In this document: in pieces, positions 57,758 through 64,000 of the stretch
Position numbering within the stretch: the stretch's first letter is position 1
Layout: the number at the start of each line of letters is the position of its first letter
Source of the DNA: an uncultured Chloroflexia bacterium
GTDB lineage: Bacteria; Chloroflexota; Dehalococcoidia; DSTF01; WHTK01
Assembly: GCA_963766645.1 (NCBI GenBank)
Contig: CAVYAY010000003.1
Location: 352,554-416,553, forward strand
Length of the DNA stretch: 64,000 bases
Reading direction: 5' to 3'
The notes under the pieces: generated by a model
What the model was told of the DNA's origin: nothing
The model's input: the letters and a program-made list of their open reading frames with translations, nothing else
Databases searched by the model: none
Made by a program: the position numbers and the translations under genes

Positions 57758-58903
57758 CTACCAGAGACGCTTCGACGCGATTGCCGCACCCTCCGACAGC
57801 GCCTTCAGTTTTGCCCACATCACCGACGGGTACACGCGCCGCCTGTTGGCAACCGTCCCGAACCCGCAGTCCGTCCCGGCAATCACGTTCTCACGCCCCA
57901 CGAGGTCGGCGAACCGGACGATGCGCTCCGCCACCAGGTCCGGGTGCTCGATGATGTTCGTCTTCGTATCGATGATCCCGGCGATCAGCGCCATACCGTC
58001 GGGCAGCTTGACGTCACGCCAGACGCTCCACTCGTGCTCGTGGCGCGGGTTGGCTGCTTCGACATACAGCGCCCCGGCGTGCAGCTTGACCAGGCTCGGC
58101 GCGATCTCTCGAACCTCGACGTCGTAGTGGTGTGGCGCTTCGTAGTTACCCCAGCAGACGTGGAACCGCACCATCTCCGGCAGGATGCCCTCCAGGGAAT
58201 GGTTGGTCACCTCGACTAGCAGCTCGACGTCCCTCAGGTACTCGGCTTTGGTCCACTCGTGCATCTTGCGTGGGTACGCCATCGGGATGTCCGGCGCGTC
58301 CAGCTGCAACACGAAGCCCGCGTCGACGATCCCCCTGTACTCCTCGCGCAGCGCTTCCGCCGTCGCAAACAGCATCTCTTCGCGGGACTTGTAGTACTCA
58401 TTCGGCCGGTCGGCGGACACCATCCCCGGCGCTGCCGCCGGCAGGAACGCCTCTACCACGTCGACGCCCTTCAGCGCTGCCTTGAAGTTATCGATGTCCG
58501 TCCGCAACTGCGTCTGCCCGACGTAGGTGATCGGTGCCACGCAGACGGGCCTTACTAGCGGTGGCAGAGCAGTATCGGCGTACTCCGGGAAGTCCGCCAT
58601 GTCGGCAAACCGCGGCCTCGGCGGCCCCTTCACCGCCTCTTCGCGAGTCTCGAATCCCGTCAGCCGCTCGTCAATGTACGTAAAGAAGCCGGGCTTGCCC
58701 TCCTCCCCGTCGCTGACCACGTCGACGCCGGCTTCGTGCTGCCTTCGCACGACCTCGGCGACCTCCTGCGTTACACGCGCGGCGAACGCAGCCTCGTCAT
58801 ACGGCCGGCCGGCGTCCTTCGCTTCGATCATCTCCAGCAGGTCGTCCGGCCGGGTCAGGCTTCCGCCGTGCGTGGTCAAAATCCGTTCGGTACTGCGCTT
58901 CAT
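57758..58903 (-). CDS. Cobalamin-independent methionine synthase (MetE C-terminal domain)-like zinc alkyltransferase
   Basis: 381 aa. The N-terminus is ILTTHGGSLTRPDDLL. The candidate Zn ligands are H-x-C in RFHVCWGNYE and Cys in GTDCGFGT. Confidence 0.7.
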   Translation of the reverse strand: MKRSTERILTTHGGSLTRPDDLLEMIEAKDAGRPYDEAAFAARVTQEVAEVVRRQHEAGVDVVSDGEEGKPGFFTYIDERLTGFETREEAVKGPPRPRFADMADFPEYADTALPPLVRPVCVAPITYVGQTQLRTDIDNFKAALKGVDVVEAFLPAAAPGMVSADRPNEYYKSREEMLFATAEALREEYRGIVDAGFVLQLDAPDIPMAYPRKMHEWTKAEYLRDVELLVEVTNHSLEGILPEMVRFHVCWGNYEAPHHYDVEVREIAPSLVKLHAGALYVEAANPRHEHEWSVWRDVKLPDGMALIAGIIDTKTNIIEHPDLVAERIVRFADLVGRENVIAGTDCGFGTVANRRRVYPSVMWAKLKALSEGAAIASKRLW

Positions 58904-58974
58904 CTGTCGTACTCCATCGCTGCCACGAGGTCACGATACCTCAACTCTGCAAGCCTTTGCCGCCGGGGTAACGG

Positions 58975-60564
58975 TCATCCGGGCGGGACTCGCGGCGCCC
59001 TCGGCCGCGGCTGCGTCGCCTCCGGATACTGCGCCGCCACGCCCGTCGACGCGCTGCGCCGCGCCACGGGCCGTCCTGGCTCGTCCGGCGAGACCGGGAT
59101 GTCGAGGTCCGGCGTCTTGCCCAGCGCGCGGTCAACGATGTCCGTCAGCGGCTCCTTGTCATATCCGACATAGAACGCCGCGGTGAGCCGAATCGGATCG
59201 CCCGAGTAGAACGTTACGTACTGTGTCATGCGCTGCGCGAACCCGGAGCCGGTGACGTCCCAGGCCAGCTTGAACAACCTCACCCGCTCCTCCGCCGAGA
59301 TGCCGGGCCTGCCTCGAACGTAGCGGTCAATGTAAGGACGCTCCTCGGGATTTTCGAAGTCGGCCTGCGTCGGCGCGTAGAAGAAGCCGCCCGCGGCCAG
59401 CACCTGGATGATCTCGACGAACCGCCGGTATATCCGCATCGTCTGCAGATGGAACGCGCGTGGGCCCATCGCCGCGCTGCCCCACACTCCGTCAGGACCC
59501 TCGACGGCCATCGCCTCGGCCCCATAGAACACGGTCCGCGCGATCTCCAGGTTGCTCAGCATCTCGCCCAGCTTCTCCTGGATGTGCAGGAAGCCCGTGA
59601 TCCCCACCGCGTCGGCGATCTTCATGCCGAGGCCGCAGAAAAACTCCATCTGGCTCAGCATTCGCGCCGCGGTCTGATTTGCAATCGAAACGCCCGCGAC
59701 CGTCGGGTCGTTGGCCACCTCCCGCGCCCCCGGCCCGCCGTCGATCACGACGCGATCCCACGGTACCAGCACGTCGTCGAACACCGCGATGCAGTCCATC
59801 TCCTCGAAACGGCTGCTCAATGGGTGGTCGAAGCGCGTGTGCGGCGGCGGCGCCACCGGCTCGCGGCAGATGTACTTCAGCCCAGGCGTGTCGTTCGGTA
59901 TCGCGAAGCCGACGGCGTATGCGTCGTCCCCTTCCGCGATGCCGCCGCCCCACGGGAAGCAGACGAGCTCCTCCGTGATCGGCGCCATCGTCCCCAGCAT
60001 CTTCGCGCCGCGCACAACAATGCCTTCCGCCGTCTCCTCCACCTTCCCCAGATGCAGGAACGGCTCCTCTTGCTCCGCCGACGTCCGCGACCGGTCGATC
60101 TGCGGGTTGATCAGCACGTGCGTCAGGAACAGGTCGTTTTCCCGCACGTGCTCGTAATAACGCACCGCGTTATCGCCAAATCGCTCGCCGCGCCGCGCGA
60201 ACTTCTCGCGGTTCATATACCAGCCCGTCACCATGCCGTTCATGAAGTCCATCGTCCGGCCCATGAAGCCGAAGTTGTGGTCGGTCCGCAGCTTGAACGC
60301 CTTGCGCTTGTTGACCAGCTCCTGCTTCGACCGCGGGACCTGGAACGAGACGTGGACCGGCTCGCCGCTCGTCGGTGACGTGTACAGCATGAAGTCGCGA
60401 TACTTCGGGGCGTGCTGCAGGTCGTACAGCTCGGCGATGGACTGGATCGCGCCCTGGAACACGGGCTCCTCGACGACGCTCTCGACGCGCCGCCCGCCGA
60501 GATAAACGGTCGGCTTCATGCGCCTCAGCGACTCGATATACTGCTGTCCCGTTCGCGCCGGCAT
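58975..60564 (-). CDS. HpaB-family flavin-dependent monooxygenase oxygenase component, copy 2
   Basis: It contains MPARTGQQYIESLRRMKPTVYLGGRRVESVVEEPVF and LFLTHVLINPQIDRS. The ORF is open to 60600. The C-terminus has a roughly 45-aa Pro/Arg-rich tail. Confidence 0.8.
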   Translation of the reverse strand: MPARTGQQYIESLRRMKPTVYLGGRRVESVVEEPVFQGAIQSIAELYDLQHAPKYRDFMLYTSPTSGEPVHVSFQVPRSKQELVNKRKAFKLRTDHNFGFMGRTMDFMNGMVTGWYMNREKFARRGERFGDNAVRYYEHVRENDLFLTHVLINPQIDRSRTSAEQEEPFLHLGKVEETAEGIVVRGAKMLGTMAPITEELVCFPWGGGIAEGDDAYAVGFAIPNDTPGLKYICREPVAPPPHTRFDHPLSSRFEEMDCIAVFDDVLVPWDRVVIDGGPGAREVANDPTVAGVSIANQTAARMLSQMEFFCGLGMKIADAVGITGFLHIQEKLGEMLSNLEIARTVFYGAEAMAVEGPDGVWGSAAMGPRAFHLQTMRIYRRFVEIIQVLAAGGFFYAPTQADFENPEERPYIDRYVRGRPGISAEERVRLFKLAWDVTGSGFAQRMTQYVTFYSGDPIRLTAAFYVGYDKEPLTDIVDRALGKTPDLDIPVSPDEPGRPVARRSASTGVAAQYPEATQPRPRAPRVPPG

Positions 60565-60617
60565 GTGCCGCAGATTACACCCGCCCGTGAACTCCCGCAC
60601 CTGCTACGCCGCAGTCC

Positions 60618-60639
60618 GAAAAAGCCCCCGAAAGGTGGC
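60618..60639 (-). terminator. Candidate intrinsic terminator (minus strand) between the acyl-CoA module and hpaB-like copy 2
   Basis: On the minus strand it reads GCCACC-TTTC-GGGGGC-TTTTT, with one A.G mismatch. It is extendable by AAAG/CTTT. An overlapping alternative hairpin is GAAAGG-CCA-CCTTTC. Confidence 0.5.
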
Positions 60640-60803
60640 CTTTCTTTACGAACCCCGGCCAGGGCCAGCGAGGGCGCAACCGATGCGCGCGGGAGCCCGA
60701 GGGCTATCCCTTCGGAAAGATCGGCTTCTAAGGAAGCGGCGCCCCGAGCCCAGACCCGCCACCCGACCAGCCTGCTTTAGTGGGGTCCGGGGTACCCCCG
60801 GCT

Positions 60804-61982
60804 TCAGTTATAGCTGCGCGGCATCCCGAGTACGTTCTGCCCCAGGAAGTTCAGCACCATGTTGTTGCTCACCGGCGCCGTCATGTACAGCCGCGTCTCG
60901 CGGAACTTGCGCTCCACGTCGTACTCTTTCGCGAAGCCATAGCCGCCGAATGTGTCCATGCAGGCGTTCGCCGCCTCCCACGCCGCCTGGCTGGCCAGCA
61001 GCTTCGCCATGTTCGCCTCCGCGCCGCAGCTCTGCCCCGCGTCGAACAGCCACGCCGCCTTGTCTCGCATCAGCGCAGCGGCCTCGACGTCCGCATACGC
61101 CTGCGCGATCGGGTGCTGCACGCCCTGGTTCGCCCCGATCGGCCGATCGAAAACGACGCGCTCCGACGCATAGCTGGTGGCCTTGTCGGTAAACCACAGC
61201 CCGTCACCCACCGATTGAGAGGCGATCAGGATCCGCTCGGCGTTCCAGCCGTCGATGATGTGGCGGAACCCCTCGCCTTCCTCTCCGACCAGGTTCGCCG
61301 CGGGCACTTCCAGGTCGCTGATGAAGAGCTGTGTCGTGTGGTGGTTGATCATCATGTCCAGGGGTGTGATCTCGACCTGCTTGCGGGCGAGCGGCCTCCC
61401 GCAGGTCGACGAGGAAGACGCTCAGGCCGCGCGTCTTGTCGCTCAGCTCGTCGTAGGGCGTGGTGCGCGCCAGCAGCAGCATGAGGTCGGAGTGCTCGGC
61501 GCGCGAGATGAACACCTTCTGCCCGTTGATCACGTACGCGTCGCCCGACTTGCGGGCGAAGGTCTTGATGCGCGTCGTTTCCGAGCCGGCGTCCGGCTCC
61601 GTGACGCCGAAGGCCTGGAGGCGCAGCTCGCCGCTGGCGATGCGCGGCAGGTAGCGGCGCTTCTGCTCCTCGCTGCCGTGCCGTAACAATGTGCCCATGA
61701 TGTACATCTGGGCATGGGCAACGGCCGCCATGCCGCCGCTGCGGTTGATCTCCTCCGGAATGACGCAGGCGTCGGCAAGGCTCGAGGCCGGAGCCGCCGT
61801 ACTCGGTCGGGATCAGCGCCGCCAGCCAGCCGGCCTCGGTCAGCGCGCGCACGAACTCCTCCGGGTAGCGCCGGTTGGCGTCGGTCTCGCGCCAGTACTC
61901 GCCGCCGAAGCGCTTTGCAGAGCTCGCGCACGGCAGCGCGGATGGCTCGTTGCTCGTCGCTGCTGCTGAAGTCCATCGTCAT
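60804..61982 (-). pseudogene. Acyl-CoA dehydrogenase, about 3 frame changes
   Basis: MTMDFSSSDEQRAIRAAVRELC, EAGWLAALIPTEYGGSGL, QAFGVTEPDAGSETTRIKTFARKSGDAYVINGQKVFIS and the C-terminal GGYGFAKEYDVERKFRETRLY are spread over ORFs 61530.., 61352.., 61204.. and 60804..61355. Confidence 0.85.
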
Positions 61983-62481
61983 GCTTTCGGCGCCGGGAAG
62001 ATGTCGCGCGACGGCGCGTGCGCGCGCTTCCACACCAGCACGCTGCGCCGCAGCTCGATCACCGTCTCGCCGCGCTGGTTGTAGCCCCGCGTGTGCACCG
62101 TCACGACGCCCTGCTCCGGCCTCGACTGCGACTCGCGTACGTCCTCGACCTCGCGTCTCGGAGTACAGCGTGTCGCCCGGGCGCACCGGTGCCGGCAGCT
62201 TTACGTCCTCGAATCCCAGCGCCACGCCGTTCTCGCTGACGTCCGCCACGCGACATCCCGATCACGATCGACATCGTCAGCAACGAGTTCACCAGGCAGC
62301 CGTCGAAGCCGCTGCGCTCGCCGTAGTCGCGATTGAAGTGGATCTGGTTCGTGTTGTTCGTCTGCAGCGTGAACTGGATGTTGTCCGCTTCCGTGACCGT
62401 CCGCCCGTAACGGCAACGGTACACGGCGCCGACGGCGAAGTCCTCCAGGAAGCGGCCCTTCCAGCCTTGTTCTAGCGGCAC
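61979..62481 (-). pseudogene. MaoC-like (R)-specific enoyl-CoA hydratase/dehydratase, about 2 frame changes
   Basis: GRTVTEADNIQFTLQTNNTNQIHFNRDYGERSGFDGCLVNSLLTMSIVIGMS is in ORF 62101..62481. ENGVALGFEDVKLPAPVRPGDTLYSET is in another frame. The stop overlaps the acyl-CoA dehydrogenase ATG (ATGA). Confidence 0.7.
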
Positions 62482-62541
62482 GATGACACCTCGCTTTCAG
62501 CCCGCCGGGCGTCTCACGAGGACACTATAGGCGCGTGCCGC

Positions 62542-63492
62542 CTACCCGGAAACGCGGCGCAGCTTGCGGAAGCAGCGGAACGTCTGCGGCGGGTCCAGCC
62601 GCCGCCCGTACACCGTGTACGACACCTCGCCGACATACAGGTTCCCCTGGCTGTCGACTCCGAAGCCGTGCGGCGCGATGAACTGCGTCGGTCCGTCCCC
62701 GATCATCGGGTCGCCGACGCGCGCCAGCCGCGTCCCGTCCTTGCTGTACGCGTTCAAGCGGTGCCCCACCTTGCCGTAGTCGAACAACTCGTTCTCCATC
62801 AGCTGCTCGCCGATGTAAATCGTCCCTTCGCGGTCCATGCACAACGCCTGCGGCCGGTAGATGTTCTGCCAGATCGTCTTCAGGTTGCCCCGGTTGTCGA
62901 ACACCTGCAGCCGATAGTTCTCGCGGTCCGTGACGTAGACGTTCTCGTCACCGTCGATCACCACGTTGTGCGGCACCTGGAACTCGCCCGGGTCAACCCC
63001 CGGCGCGCCCCACGACACGATGTGCTTCCCCTCAGACGTGTAGCGGTGCACACGGCTGTTCCCGTAGCCGTCGGTCACGTACACGTCGCCCGTGTTCGGC
63101 GAGACCGCCATGTTGGTCGGGCGGTTGAACGGCTTGCCGCTCCACTTCTCCGCCTCCTGCCCTTCGATGCCGATCGTCAGCACCAGCTTGCCCTCGGGCG
63201 TGTATTTCTTGATGCAGTGCTGGTTGTCGTTCACCGTCCAGATGAAGTCGTCCGGGCTGGCGTGGATGCCGTGCGCCCGCGCGTCGAACTCTCCCTCGCC
63301 CCACGACCGCACGAAGTTGCCGTCCTTATCCAGGACGATTACCGGGTGCGGTCCGCGGTTCAGCACGTAGACATTGTCCTTCGAGTCCACCGTGACGCCT
63401 GACGCGTCGGGAAACTCGTAGCCCTCGGGGAACTTTCCCCAGCCTTCCTCCGTCTCGTACCGAAATCGTCCCTCGCCGATTGCCTCAGCCAT
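62542..63492 (-). CDS. NHL-repeat six-bladed beta-propeller protein (intact paralog of 13203..14173)
   Basis: 316 aa. It contains GVTVDSKDNVYVLNRG, GDVYVTDGYGNSRVHRYTSEGKH, NVYVTDRENYRLQVFDNRGN and GNLYVGEVS. Confidence 0.8.
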   Translation of the reverse strand: MAEAIGEGRFRYETEEGWGKFPEGYEFPDASGVTVDSKDNVYVLNRGPHPVIVLDKDGNFVRSWGEGEFDARAHGIHASPDDFIWTVNDNQHCIKKYTPEGKLVLTIGIEGQEAEKWSGKPFNRPTNMAVSPNTGDVYVTDGYGNSRVHRYTSEGKHIVSWGAPGVDPGEFQVPHNVVIDGDENVYVTDRENYRLQVFDNRGNLKTIWQNIYRPQALCMDREGTIYIGEQLMENELFDYGKVGHRLNAYSKDGTRLARVGDPMIGDGPTQFIAPHGFGVDSQGNLYVGEVSYTVYGRRLDPPQTFRCFRKLRRVSG

Positions 63493-63509
63493 TGATCTTT
63501 CCCTCCGTT

Positions 63510-64000
63510 TTACGCCCGACTGTTGTCCCGTTTGGTTTTCATATCGCCACGTAGCGCCGCCGTCTTCGGCTCGTCCAGCTTTGCCTTCCTGCCGTCAAGC
63601 TCTGCCACGACGCCATAGTCACGCCGCGCCGCCTCCACCGAGACGTACCCGGACGTCACGTCCCGCAGCACAGATTCAATCGGCCGCTTCAGCGGGTCAC
63701 CGAAACCACCGCCGCCGCCTGACTGGTTCAGATAGCCATCGCCTTTCGCCAACGGCATCTGATAAATCTTGCCGTTCTCGAACTCTTCAACCGTCCCATC
63801 GGCTCGAAGGATGTCGATCTTATTGGCGACGGCGTCCTTACCGCCGAAAAGGCCCCACGGCGAGCATTTCGTTCGTTCCACAGATGCGTTAAACACGCCC
63901 TGCTGCAGCATCTTCACCTGCTGCCGGATGCCCAGCCCACCGCGCCATTGTCCCGCACCTGAGGAGTCCTCCCGCAGGCTGCGCTCCTCGACCAGGATCG
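63510..64000 (-). CDS. Hydantoinase B/oxoprolinase-family protein, C-terminal part (gene continues past the window end)
   Basis: The C-terminus reads GGGGFGDPLKRPIESVLRDVTSGYVSVEAARRDYGVV. The reading frame is open to position 64000. Confidence 0.75.
   Translation of the reverse strand, partial: ILVEERSLREDSSGAGQWRGGLGIRQQVKMLQQGVFNASVERTKCSPWGLFGGKDAVANKIDILRADGTVEEFENGKIYQMPLAKGDGYLNQSGGGGGFGDPLKRPIESVLRDVTSGYVSVEAARRDYGVVAELDGRKAKLDEPKTAALRGDMKTKRDNSRA

Overview
High-GC bacterial chromosomal window. Hand counts give about 70% G+C in typical coding stretches. Gene content, including deazaflavin/F420-type enzymes, suggests Chloroflexota or Actinomycetota, but I cannot resolve this from sequence alone. 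The window has three parts.

(1) 0.2-17.2 kb is a housekeeping block. It holds ligA, mreB-mreC-mreD-mrdA(PBP2)-rodA, two tandem inositol-monophosphatase-family genes and an SDR. It also holds a PNPOx-like gene, a lipoprotein, a GT87/DUF2029-like membrane protein, an NHL-repeat protein, a nitroreductase and an orphan molybdopterin-hydroxylase large subunit. Thirteen of these 15 genes can only be read by changing frame one or more times. I call them frameshifted pseudogenes. Patchy consensus error is the most likely cause.

(2) 17.3-21.2 kb holds a Yip1-like membrane protein and tRNA-Ala(GGC), followed by a low-GC islet (about 48-50% by hand count). The islet carries an alpha/beta-hydrolase-LuxR fusion regulator that appears to lack catalytic residues. 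It also carries a 40-codon transmembrane micro-ORF that copies the LuxR C-terminal helix, and a tightly coupled XRE / unknown / HEPN-like three-gene cassette that looks like a toxin-antitoxin or defence module.

(3) 21.2-64 kb is a large accessory catabolic region. It contains:
- five paralogous phthalate-family Rieske oxygenase alpha subunits (one broken) and two HpaB-family flavin monooxygenases;
- three SDRs and a Gfo/Idh/MocA dehydrogenase;
- a 4,5-dihydroxyphthalate-decarboxylase-like protein, an ACMSD-type amidohydrolase and a MetE-like zinc methyltransferase;
- a class II aldolase, a 2-hydroxyacid dehydrogenase and two ThDP enzymes (one broken);
- two cupins, a CMD-family protein, a deazaflavin-dependent nitroreductase-family protein, MarR and three MFS transporters;
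- an orphan Tat-lipoprotein solute-binding protein;
- an acyl-CoA dehydrogenase / MaoC / NHL / hydantoinase-B module.

No Rieske reductase or flavin reductase is present in the window. A four-gene envelope cluster sits at 26.4-31.7 kb. It consists of a beta-propeller lipoprotein, an RnfD/NqrB-like membrane protein, a decayed NHL-like fragment and an FG-GAP/ASPIC(UnbV) protein.

I saw no rRNA, CRISPR array, transposase or integrase. All functional calls come from motif and family recognition by eye. No searches were run.
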